This document shows, one piece after another, positions 1 through 9,829 of a stretch of 64,000 nt of DNA (the first letter of the stretch is position 1; each line of letters begins with the position of its first letter). The DNA comes from Cirrosporium novae-zelandiae. Taxonomy: Eukaryota. The translations under genes and the position numbers were made by a program. The notes beneath the pieces were generated by a model. The model saw only the letters and a program-made list of their open reading frames with translations. It searched no databases and was not told the DNA's origin. Location of the stretch: the NCBI GenBank assembly GCA_026023565.1, contig JAPETS010000028.1, forward strand, positions 186,001 to 250,000, given 5' to 3'.

Positions 1-777
1 TTGGGGTTTATGGTCAAAAGAGAGTGGTTTGGCCCGTCCCTTGACGCCCAGTACACTTCTTGAATCTCCAGCATTTCCCTGAGACATTCAGTACTGCTGT
101 ATGCTAGTAGCTAGATTGGAATTCTTACCACAAAGATCTTCTGGTTTGTTATAACGGCGACAGATGCAGTGCAGCCAGATACCTCCTCTTCGTATTTCGG
201 ATCTGTTCTCGTCAGTTTTGAACTCCTATAAACATTAAAAGTTCAGAAGTAATTACCGTTTAAAATGGCTCTATCTGTAGCCAGGAATCCATCTTTTAAT
301 GCCTGTTCAATGTCTCCCTTCTTAAAGGATTCTTGCTTTGAGACAATCTTGTGCACGTTATCCCCTGCGAATTGTGCCACCTTATCACCACCATGTCCAT
401 CGTAAACTCCGAAAAAACTGAGGCGATCTATTCCATCCGGTAATTTTGTGTTGTTGCTATCTTTGTGTAAATCTAGAACTGCCGCATGTGAATCTTCCAT
501 GCTGATCCGCCAGCCTTGCATGGCGGAGACTCCGTATATGACGCATTCATCTTCCCCCGAACCCGAAGTCTAGGAAATGCCCATCAGTTAGCAGGACATC
601 CCGAAGCTTAAATATGTGGCACTAAAGGCTTTTAGAAGATTGAACAGATGTCATCTCGGATGCGAAAATAATCAAATGTGGCATGTTTTCACAGATGGAA
701 GAAGGCGGCATATGCAACAAGAAATATTGAGAACCACAAACCTTTTCGGTAACGGGTTCCGAAAGTGTTTGTCCCAT
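1..777 (-). CDS. PTC2: Protein phosphatase 2C (Ptc2/Ptc3 type), 5' part; runs off the window
   Basis: Spliced translation MGQTLSEPVTEK|...MQGWRISMEDSH...FFGVYDGHGG...GNAGDSRSVLGVKGRAKPLSFDHKP. ATG at 777, intron 1 at 741-570, two more introns in the window. Confidence 0.92.
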
Positions 778-1371
778 CTTACTATCGAGCACAGTAAGCA
801 CAGATTCTTATATTTTCACGAAGTTCGCTCATCCAAAGGTAAGAGTCTGTCGGGATGCGGAGATTGCCAGGCGTTTATCGATTGTGGCCAGGTCACAATT
901 GGTGGGCTGAAAGAGGGGAGAATCAAGAGAGGACTATCGACAAAAAGGAATATTCATGCCTTTCCCAGAGCTATGCACCAAAGATATAGGACTATCGAGA
1001 ACACAGTGAAGTTTTCAGGAGAAGTCGCGTGGGCAAATTGTGAGATGACGCCCAGAGAAAGAGCCTTAGAAAGCCCTTTAGCTTCCAGGGAATTTCGTCT
1101 GGTACGTCAGCCTTAAAGTAACATAGGTGCAAATATCTGCCCAAAGCACCAAAAGTAATTTTCACAACCCTACAATTGGTACTCTAAGGCCTTCCAAGAA
1201 AAATCTACAGCACCACCCTGGATAAAAAAATCCATAAAACCCAGCTGATATCATGGCCTGATTAGTGACTCAATTTCCGAGACATTCATCGAATCATTTA
1301 TGCTTATATCTAATTGTTGAATTTGGTCATTTTTATTTTGCTTCCACCCCCCTGCTTTGTCATCACCATCA

Positions 1372-4300
1372 TCATAAAAAGGCCTCCGAGATCTTGCCTC
1401 TCTGACTATTACCCCTTCTGCCTGATACACTGCTTTCTTCGACGCTCACAGGTCGTTTCCCTTTAGGCTCCACTACTCTTAAATTATGCTCATTTCCTCC
1501 CCCAAACATACTAAACATCCCGTGATTGGTCCTAAGCATACTCAGTCGTTTTGCTCGAGATTCATGTCCGCCTTCCCCTGAAGCGGTTGTTACACTATCT
1601 TCAGCCAATGGATCTCTGCCTCGCTGGTATCCCGCCCCATTTGCTTGGCCAGAGACATCTCGTACATGTGCAATATGTGCGGGGCTTGGTTCACTGAGAG
1701 GGGCAAGAGGGTACCACTGGTGTCGCCCTTCCTCGTTGGTATACTCATCCACCATATTATCGTAATCCCCCGCATCTGTCGACGATTCTGCTTCATCAAA
1801 TCGCCCACTACTACTCGCACTCAACTGGCTTGGAAAACGAACCAGTTTCGTAAACCCATAATTGATTCGAGAACGAAATTTTTGGACAGGTGATCCTCGA
1901 GCCCTAACTGACACTGGTTCTAGGCTGGAGGATTGAGAGTACGATCGATCTCCGCGCTGCTCTGCAGTATCATTCTCTACATTTGTATTCAGATCATCTG
2001 TATAAATAGAACTTGATGGTCTCATCATCCTCTCCCGGGCTCGTGAAGACGACGATAACCTTAAAGGGGAAGCCACAACTGCAGAAAATAACGGATTCTG
2101 GGATTGCCGATTTCTCGCCCGATCTTTCAGAAAGTGTTTTCTTCGAGCACTAAGTGTTGAGAGTCGGCTTGGACTTGGTGGATTCACGACACGAATGCTT
2201 GGTCGTGGCTCTTCAATAGCGTGATTGCTGTCAGTTTCAAATATGCCTCCTTCAGGCGGGAGGGGAAACGATTCCATCAGTTTCGAGTCCGAAAGTTCTC
2301 TATCCGTAATAGTCGACCAGGTTTGATCCCTCCAGGATTTTGCTATTAGACCATATCCTGGGGGGCCAAAACCTGTTAAACCTGTCAAGCCTGCTCCATG
2401 TCCCAAGCCACTCAGTCTTTTGTTTATAGGCGGTAGTCCGGAATGCCTATTTGAAATAACACTCGATCGCTTCGTGGGACTCTTTGTTGGACTTTTTGTA
2501 GGACTTGTGCTATGTGGGAATTCAATGTGGTGATTTGGCACGGTGAAACGAAGAGGCAGAGTTCTCTTACGAGAATAGTTTAGTGTATCTCTTCGAAATG
2601 GAGCAAATTCCTTAGGAATGGCATGGACCTCTGTGTTACCATTTTTAGTTAATTTCTCAGAACTTTCGCCTTCCAGCTGCTTCGGGGGAGAATGAACAGA
2701 ACCCCTTCTAGGCAACCGCACTGGAGAGCCAGTCTCCTCGTCTACGGTTGTTCTAGATAGGTTAGTCCGCGGTCGTCTGGGTGATAACCACAATGGAGTG
2801 CTAGACAATTGCCATGGTATTTTCGGGGCTTGAGCCGATGTATTCATTTCTTGAACTTGATTGTTTTCATGCGGTCTTTGCTCGATCTCTTGTTCGTCAT
2901 TCACATTGGCTGCTGAGGGATAATCTCCGATAATTGGTCTCGATATTTCACGCTTAATTGTACCAGGATGTGATATCAACCTTGTTGACCGGCTCTTCCT
3001 AGCTAGTAGAAATAGCAAAATAGCGATTAAGATGATTAGCAATGGCACAATAACGGCAAGGACAATAGTCCGTGTATTTATATTAGCAGTCATAGCCAGT
3101 GATGACTGAGATGATGAGGGATTAGCCGAACTAGATTCAGTTGCTGAGCTGAAGGAACCCGAAGAAACCGGGAAGTCAGCAGTAGGAGAAATATATATCG
3201 TAAACTGCTTTGACTCATTCACTGTTCCTTTTGTGGCTATAAGGTTGAGTGTTGCATTCTGAGCATGAAGGTTTGTTGGGACATGGCCCGAGAGCTGCAG
3301 TTTGGAGGGATTAAACGATAGCCAGGATGATGTGCTTCCGAGATCTATACTCACTACGGCCTTCGGATCACTCAACAATGATCGACTGATAGTATAGTTG
3401 AAGTCCTGGCCGGCTTGGGCGTTGATGGTCCCAATATGTTCCTTCAAAAGGGGAGGATTAACCAGCATATCCACCGCGAGATGTGCCATGTCACCATATC
3501 TGTCAACTACCGATATCGTAAAATTGGTTGAGTCCACATTGGGAGGTACATCGCCTTTTAGCATCAGTTTCTGCTGATCAAAGCTCAACCAGTCCGGGCT
3601 ATCCGCCGTAGCCTCCGTCAAGTCTTGACTCTGTGCGGATTGACCATCGAGCTGAAGCCAGCTCAGAAACTCCATAGCAGGAAGCTTTGCGCCTTTAGAA
3701 ATACCAAATGTATATCGAGTAGTGTTGAATGCCAGTTCATGTGCTCCGACAGTGATGTCAAAGGTCACCACAGGTCCTGCAAATCCAACCACATCTGACG
3801 CCGTAAATTTGATCCCAAAGGTTTGCGGAGGAGCAATAAGTGAGGTTATATCAGGGGTTGTTCCCGAGAATTCCAATACTTGCGGATCAAAGCCAATCCA
3901 TGAAGGAAGTGGTGTACCATTTCTAGAAATCGCATAGTAATCAGTATTCAAGTTTGTATGGGTGAAAGTATCGTGAGAAAATCCAAACGAAAACTTTTGC
4001 GAAGGGTATAAGAGTAAAGTCGAGAGATCGGAAGTCTTTCCAAAAGATGGCAGCTGCTCAGAGACTACCTTTCCTAATCCTGGGCCCGAATCTGCCGACA
4101 CCATTAGGGTCGAAGAGAGATTTGTCGAGCCAGAGCTATCTGTAGCGACCAGTTGAAACACTGACGGGCCTACATCAGCAGCTTGTGGAATCCCTGTGAA
4201 AGTTCTTGTATTTCCATCCAGATGCAACCATTTAGGGTAATTTGTCATTGAGTAGGTGATTGCAGAAGAGGATGTAAAAGTAGACTCGGAGAACACAAAT

Positions 4301-4416
4301 TGGAAGGGCTTTGAGACGCGGGCAACTGGGGGCACCTGAGAGTTGATGGGAAACGTAACAGCGGGAATCCCAACAGCGAAATTGACAAGATTCAATCCAA
4401 GCAACAGAGGCTTCAT
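1372..4416 (-). CDS. AXL2: Axl2-like polarity/bud-site membrane glycoprotein (cadherin-like/He_PIG repeats, one TM helix, long cytosolic tail)
   Basis: Signal peptide, then 'FPINSQVPPVARVSKPFQFVFSESTF'; repeated PxWLxFD motifs; TM IVLAVIVPLLIILIAILLFLL. Intronless; first ATG at 4416. Confidence 0.88.
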   Translation of the reverse strand: MKPLLLGLNLVNFAVGIPAVTFPINSQVPPVARVSKPFQFVFSESTFTSSSAITYSMTNYPKWLHLDGNTRTFTGIPQAADVGPSVFQLVATDSSGSTNLSSTLMVSADSGPGLGKVVSEQLPSFGKTSDLSTLLLYPSQKFSFGFSHDTFTHTNLNTDYYAISRNGTPLPSWIGFDPQVLEFSGTTPDITSLIAPPQTFGIKFTASDVVGFAGPVVTFDITVGAHELAFNTTRYTFGISKGAKLPAMEFLSWLQLDGQSAQSQDLTEATADSPDWLSFDQQKLMLKGDVPPNVDSTNFTISVVDRYGDMAHLAVDMLVNPPLLKEHIGTINAQAGQDFNYTISRSLLSDPKAVVSIDLGSTSSWLSFNPSKLQLSGHVPTNLHAQNATLNLIATKGTVNESKQFTIYISPTADFPVSSGSFSSATESSSANPSSSQSSLAMTANINTRTIVLAVIVPLLIILIAILLFLLARKSRSTRLISHPGTIKREISRPIIGDYPSAANVNDEQEIEQRPHENNQVQEMNTSAQAPKIPWQLSSTPLWLSPRRPRTNLSRTTVDEETGSPVRLPRRGSVHSPPKQLEGESSEKLTKNGNTEVHAIPKEFAPFRRDTLNYSRKRTLPLRFTVPNHHIEFPHSTSPTKSPTKSPTKRSSVISNRHSGLPPINKRLSGLGHGAGLTGLTGFGPPGYGLIAKSWRDQTWSTITDRELSDSKLMESFPLPPEGGIFETDSNHAIEEPRPSIRVVNPPSPSRLSTLSARRKHFLKDRARNRQSQNPLFSAVVASPLRLSSSSRARERMMRPSSSIYTDDLNTNVENDTAEQRGDRSYSQSSSLEPVSVRARGSPVQKFRSRINYGFTKLVRFPSQLSASSSGRFDEAESSTDAGDYDNMVDEYTNEEGRHQWYPLAPLSEPSPAHIAHVRDVSGQANGAGYQRGRDPLAEDSVTTASGEGGHESRAKRLSMLRTNHGMFSMFGGGNEHNLRVVEPKGKRPVSVEESSVSGRRGNSQRGKISEAFL

Positions 4417-4740
4417 GATGCTGAAATCTAGTGAAGATATCTCCAAGAGGTCAATTGGCAGCACAAGATCTTGTCCAAAACAGTTGGATTGAATGGCCTC
4501 AAAAGAGATAGTGGTCAGGGGAGAATTGCCATGGACATTATTGCAGGCTTTCCAAGGAAGAGAATCAGTGAGTAAGAAATTGTGGGGTCATCAATAGCGA
4601 AATGCGATACGAATTATGCAACCACTTAAAGGCATGTTCAGGAGGTGGTTCAAAGGGTGGCGGGAAGTTGGAACGACATTCTGCAAGGGGAGCAGCATAT
4701 GCTCGTTCCTCATCCAGGTCGGCCAGTATATGCCATTGTT

Positions 4741-5238
4741 TTAACAAGGAAACTGTCGACTCATTTTAATTCCTGTCCGGCCTGGCCCATAGTAGTTAGG
4801 TACCAGACCAACCTCATGAAACCCGTTAGATGAGTACAAGGCTCGGGCATTTGTACGAGCCTCGTCTACCCAAAGATGAATGTTTCCGCATCCTTGCTTC
4901 TGTAAATCATCACTGAGGAATTCTAACAAATGTCTTGCTATTCCATGCTGGCGAAATTGTTCCACAACGCATATTTTATGAAGAAATGAATTTCTTCGTA
5001 CACGGGCGTAGACAAGATAGGCGACAATTGAAGAATTTGAAATGCTGCCGTTGGAAATGAACAAGAGTTTGGTGTTTCGCTTTTTGGTGACTTCGGCATC
5101 AAAATCCAGAGCCTCCGTGGCAGGAAAAGTCTTTTTCTCAATGCGCTTTATTGATGTCAAAATATTCTGGATGGAAGAACTGTCAAAGGTAGACAGATCA
5201 TGAATTGCCATCCCCAAAGGTAACATGTTTTGCCACAT
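4741..5238 (-). CDS. GNAT-family (RimI-like) N-acetyltransferase
   Basis: Acetyl-CoA motif FRQHGIA, 'LWVDEARTNARALYSSNGF', 'NYYGPGR'. True start may be 5226 or 5211. Confidence 0.85.
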   Translation of the reverse strand: MWQNMLPLGMAIHDLSTFDSSSIQNILTSIKRIEKKTFPATEALDFDAEVTKKRNTKLLFISNGSISNSSIVAYLVYARVRRNSFLHKICVVEQFRQHGIARHLLEFLSDDLQKQGCGNIHLWVDEARTNARALYSSNGFHEVGLVPNYYGPGRTGIKMSRQFPC

Positions 5239-5387
5239 TGATCAGTAGAGTCGAAAATCTCGAGTTTTAAAGAATTTTTAGCTGTTTGATTGTTTCGCGG
5301 TTTGGCTCTGAGACTTTTTGGACTGACACAATCGACCCCACCCCACAAACAACATTCAACCGTCTGCGATACACAGGTGCAAAAAAC

Positions 5388-6310
5388 ATGGATAAAGAAT
5401 CCTTGAACGACTCAGACGACTCTTCCGAGATCAACCCTACCCAAATCGACGAATCATTAATCCCTGCCCCAACACGAAAACAAAACTCTACCACGGACGT
5501 TACCTTTGACGGCTTATTGTCACCACCACTCAGAGTCCGAGAGAATCTAAAGAATGGCTGTGGAGGTCAGATATGGGAAGCGGGAGTAGTGTTAGCTAAG
5601 TACTTGCTTCGCTATCATCGAGATGATCTGAAAGACAAGAACATGTTTGTACAATTCCAAGCCGATGGTGTCGGTGCATGTTAGCATGTTGGTTGGTGCA
5701 TTGGGGCTAACACGAACCGTTCTTAAGCGTCGAGCTTGGCTGTGGAGGAGGGCTTGTGGGGTAAATAGAATCCTTGACGGCCTACATGTGTATTTTCATT
5801 ATTGTCAGGTTATCCAAGCTGATCATGTCTCCCCTCAAGACTTGCTGTAGCCCAAGGTTGTCGGATTAACAAACCTCTGTACATCACAGACCAAAAGGTT
5901 ATGCTATCACTAATGCGTGGAAACGTCGAATTAAATCAACTCCAGAGCAAAGTGAAAGCAGAGATCCTAGATTGGTTTGTTCATCCTCATTCCTATCCGG
6001 AGTTCAATTAATATTTTACTCACGAGACAGGGGGTCACCTATATCGGAGTCGATTCCCACAGCAGATGTCATCCTAGCTGCAGATTGTGTCTACTTTGAG
6101 CCCGCATTTCCACTACTGCTCGAAACCTTGCATGCATTGCTCGTACCTGGAACCGTATGCTACTTCTGCTTCAGGAGACGCCGCCGAGCGGACATGAAGT
6201 TTATCAAGGCACTACGAAAGGCCTTCCTCGTAAAGGAGATTGAAGAGGATATTGACAAGGAAAATTACAGTAGACAAAACATACACTTGTATGCTGTCAG
6301 TAAAAAATGA
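5388..6310 (+). CDS. EFM6: Seven-beta-strand protein-lysine methyltransferase (METTL21/Efm6 family)
   Basis: GCGGQIWEAG, spliced motif I IVELGCGGGLVG, DVILAADCVY. Three introns (5645-5727, 5761-5839, ~5975-6030). Confidence 0.85.
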
Positions 6311-6335
6311 TAGCATTAGCAGACATTAGGCATTA

Positions 6336-6365
6336 GACAATAGACGATAGACAATAGACAATAGA
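6336..6365. repeat. Short (GACAATA)n tandem repeat between convergent EFM6 and MPP10 3' ends
   Basis: gacaatagacgatagacaatagacaataga read directly. Confidence 0.7.
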
Positions 6366-6440
6366 TGAAACCAAGAGTTAGATGGGTATAGATTTGTTCG
6401 AGTCTTGATGCATATAATATTATTTTCCAGGGAGAAACAT

Positions 6441-8633
6441 CTAAAGTTTATAACCTCCTGCTCCCTTAGGCCCGTCTTGGGACTTGATAGCCTTACCCTC
6501 AACATCTTTCACATCACCCTTTTTACCAATGACCTTAACACCGCCACGCTTGAGATCACTAAGAAGTTCACCCTTCTCCTTAGCACGTGTATTCGTTTTT
6601 TCGGGAGGTTTAGATGCAAGAGACTTTTTTGTGCGTTCCTTCTCCCTTCTCCTCCTCCTCAGTTTCTGTTCTTTGGTCATCTCTTCTTTAGCTAGCGGTG
6701 CACCTGTCTTTGGCACTATTTCTCCTTTACTTCGATCCTCGCCAGGGGCATACACCTCCTGAGGAGCAAGCATACTAGCCCCAGCTTCAGCGCCAGCAGT
6801 AGGTCTAGCGTCTTCCATGCTAATAGTTGCAACGTCAGAAATAACATTAATGGATGCTTGTGGCGGCTTCGGCTTATAGCGCCAGTTGCTCAAAGCATCC
6901 AATTTGGCAGAGACGTCGTTCCACAGAGCTTCGATTTCAGAATGCTCTTTTTTTAACTTCTCGTCCCTCTTATCGATAAAGTTAGGATCGTTAGTACGAA
7001 GATGGTCTTCTTCGTAGAGTTCTGCAAGGCTCTTCTGATTTTTGGTGTCTTCAAGTTCGAAGCGACCTCTCCGTGTATCTGGCGTAGTGAGAGAGTCGAG
7101 TCTTCTCCGAATAAGTTCATCAAAGTCTTGTGCAAGAATACGACGCTTGATCAAAGCTTCAAGGTCCTCGCTTACTTCATTCGTGATAACGGGCAGAGGC
7201 TTCCCCCCACGCTCAAAATCCAAATCTTCCTCCAGCAATGCATTAACTGGGCGATCTACGGCGCGGGCTTCCCCAGAAAGAGTCCAGTCTCTTTTCGCGA
7301 CGTTTGCTGCTTCTAGCCGACGTATCTCTTCTGCGAGCTTTGCCTTTTCTTCTTCATGAGTCGATCTCTGTGGTGGTTTCCCTTTCGAGTTATCGTCCGA
7401 AATATCTTCATCCTCTCCATTTTCTTCAGATAGGTCATCCTCGAATAGATCTCGACGCACATCAGACATGGCTCGCTGGATATCACCTTGCTCTATACGT
7501 GGATCTTTTCGGTTCGGTTGTGTCTTTGGCAAGGCCCGCATCCGTTTTGACTTGGTAGTCTTGCGGGGAGGTGGTTCAAAGAAATCTTTATACATGATAT
7601 TGTTCGTATTTTGCATAGCACCAAGACCATCAATATGCGAGAGCTCTTCACCGTCATCGTCCTCAGAATCGGGATCAAGGTCCATGTCGTCAAATGTAGG
7701 TCCATCGTCTTCCTCGTCATCATCGGCATTATCATCGTCCTTCTCATGAGTTTTTTCATGGGCCTTACTGGAGCCCTCCATTGCCATTGAGAGTGGGTCA
7801 GCCGTCCAATCGATATCCTCGTCATCACTTGCAGTACTATCATCGGGGTCTCCTCGTGCGTCCTGCTGCTCTAGGAATTCACTTTGCTTATTGAAATCAT
7901 CAATAGAAAAAAATCCATCGTTTAGATCATTGGGATCCTGCACATATTCCTCTTGTGGACCGTCCTCGGCTGATATCTCTGAGCCAAGTTCGGAGTCTTC
8001 AACAATTAAATTTTCCAGGGCCTCTTCCTCTTCTTCATAACCTGCTATATTATTCTCTTTTCTTATTTCAGATACTTCGTTTATACTGTCATCATCGTGA
8101 CTTTCGCTGTCACCAGAGAGAATTTCGTCATCCGAATCGTCCATCTCAAAGCCATCATCATCGAACCTGAGCATCTTTATATCGTTGTCCCTACTGATGT
8201 TTGTTTCTTCCTTGTCCTCTATTATTCGGCCGCCTTTAAGGTTATCTGATACCTGAAATAGATCTCGGTCCACTTCTGCTTCGGCGGCATCCAGAACTCT
8301 TCTTGCTTGTTCCCAAATTTGAGATATTGCGAATCCATCGCAGTAGATCTGGTTAAGCTGCAAAGTCTGCTGAACATCATCAATATCATCTTGCCCTCGC
8401 TTTCTCTTTTTCCTTGCTTCTTTCTGTCGTTGGGCCTGCAACTCGGAAATAGTGGATGCTAAAGGATCAAGAAATCGTTTTGCGCACACCAGAGAAGCGG
8501 AATGGAGACCTGGTGGGGCTTGAAGAAAAGTAGATGGGGATACTGTTAGGGTGGTGAGAAGCGCGGCCTCGGATGATTGATTCATGTCATCCATAGCGGG
8601 ATGAAGATTGTGGAATAAAGACGTAGAAGCCAT
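6441..8633 (-). CDS. MPP10: U3 snoRNP protein Mpp10
   Basis: 730-aa acidic ORF with 'DGFFSIDDFNK', 'WTLSGEARAVDRPVNALLEEDLDFE', 'LEALIKRRI', 'MEDARP', 'LAPQEVY'. Confidence 0.93.
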   Translation of the reverse strand: MASTSLFHNLHPAMDDMNQSSEAALLTTLTVSPSTFLQAPPGLHSASLVCAKRFLDPLASTISELQAQRQKEARKKRKRGQDDIDDVQQTLQLNQIYCDGFAISQIWEQARRVLDAAEAEVDRDLFQVSDNLKGGRIIEDKEETNISRDNDIKMLRFDDDGFEMDDSDDEILSGDSESHDDDSINEVSEIRKENNIAGYEEEEEALENLIVEDSELGSEISAEDGPQEEYVQDPNDLNDGFFSIDDFNKQSEFLEQQDARGDPDDSTASDDEDIDWTADPLSMAMEGSSKAHEKTHEKDDDNADDDEEDDGPTFDDMDLDPDSEDDDGEELSHIDGLGAMQNTNNIMYKDFFEPPPRKTTKSKRMRALPKTQPNRKDPRIEQGDIQRAMSDVRRDLFEDDLSEENGEDEDISDDNSKGKPPQRSTHEEEKAKLAEEIRRLEAANVAKRDWTLSGEARAVDRPVNALLEEDLDFERGGKPLPVITNEVSEDLEALIKRRILAQDFDELIRRRLDSLTTPDTRRGRFELEDTKNQKSLAELYEEDHLRTNDPNFIDKRDEKLKKEHSEIEALWNDVSAKLDALSNWRYKPKPPQASINVISDVATISMEDARPTAGAEAGASMLAPQEVYAPGEDRSKGEIVPKTGAPLAKEEMTKEQKLRRRRREKERTKKSLASKPPEKTNTRAKEKGELLSDLKRGGVKVIGKKGDVKDVEGKAIKSQDGPKGAGGYKL

Positions 8634-9829
8634 GCTAGTAGAAAGATGCTAGTCACAGTGTCGCATAGAACTCCCTTTTCAATAATGGCTACCCGATGTC
8701 ATATTACCAAGGCAGAGGTACGACGAATGATTTGTTTTGGATATGATGAGACGCTGCATGGGTATTCATTCAACGATTCAATAACTATGGGCTTGGAACC
8801 TTTGATAGAATGTAAAAAAAGAGACGAAAAAAAAGATTTGTTAGTGGCAGAATTTGAATTGGAAAGAACCACCTAGGTAATTATTGGTTGTGTTTGTCCC
8901 ACCATGGCAAGCTTCGGCACTTCGATAGATGAGGCAACGTCTCTTCGGTTTGCTCTTTAGTTCAATGAGCGGTTGTCTCGGGGACGTGATGATTGGAACC
9001 GTATGAACCTGAACCAGTACAGGCTAGTAACGAACTAAAGCTATACATACATTTTAGTTGCATACCAAGTACCTTAGTATCATGTACTAAGTAGGTACTG
9101 TATATACAAAATTGACAAGGATCGGTCAAGCACCAAATAGATAACGGCCTGTATCATGAATCTTGATTCCTCTGAATCCTGTATTCATATAGTCAACTTG
9201 AACTAAAAATTCAAATCCCTAGCCATTTGTCTTTTCAAGAAGAAGAAAAAAAAAGAAGAAAAAAGCTTATGATAATGAGCAAACTTTCCGACCTTAAGAC
9301 GTCTTCTGTTTCTCCACCCTCATCATCCACTTACTTTCTCCATGTACTTGCTCTCGTGCTCTCCTACCATTTTCCGTCGTTGATATTATTTGACATCTTG
9401 ACATCAGAAAGGACTAATTAGATTCGAACCATCTACGTACGCTACCTTCTCCTCCTTCCTCAGTTTCCCATCGATCCATTCGCATCCATCCTCGCCTAAC
9501 GACTTTTTGTCTTCTAGCCAACCAATTGCAAAAGTAAATCATTATCTTCTCAATCGTCTTGGCACTTTCAGGTGAGATATTTGCCCAGATAGATGCGTCT
9601 TTCAGATGCTTGTACCGTGTTTATTAATTCCCCAATTGCTTATCAGCTTCTTTTCTTCTTTCCTCCCTCCTAATTCCCTATCTATCTCTTACACAAACCG
9701 TCTATTCTCAATTGCTTTATTGAATCACACGCATATCCCAACATTCACAAACTGACGCAATACAAATTTAATTAGATTAGCAAGTACACCAAGCGCCTTA
9801 ATTGCGCCAAATAATGTACCTTGTCTGTT

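Noticed and set aside
570..741. Possible stwintron in the 172-nt PP2C intron 1
   Set aside because: Excising to the internal CTAAA..TTAG does not rebuild a credible donor.
616..1116. 166-aa plus-strand ORF
   Set aside because: It starts at GTG, lies antisense to the PP2C first exon, intron and 5'UTR, and has no recognisable motif.
9421..9430. B-box-like GGTTCGAATC on the minus strand suggesting a tRNA
   Set aside because: The T-stem does not pair and there is no cloverleaf or A-box. At most an isolated TFIIIC-like site.
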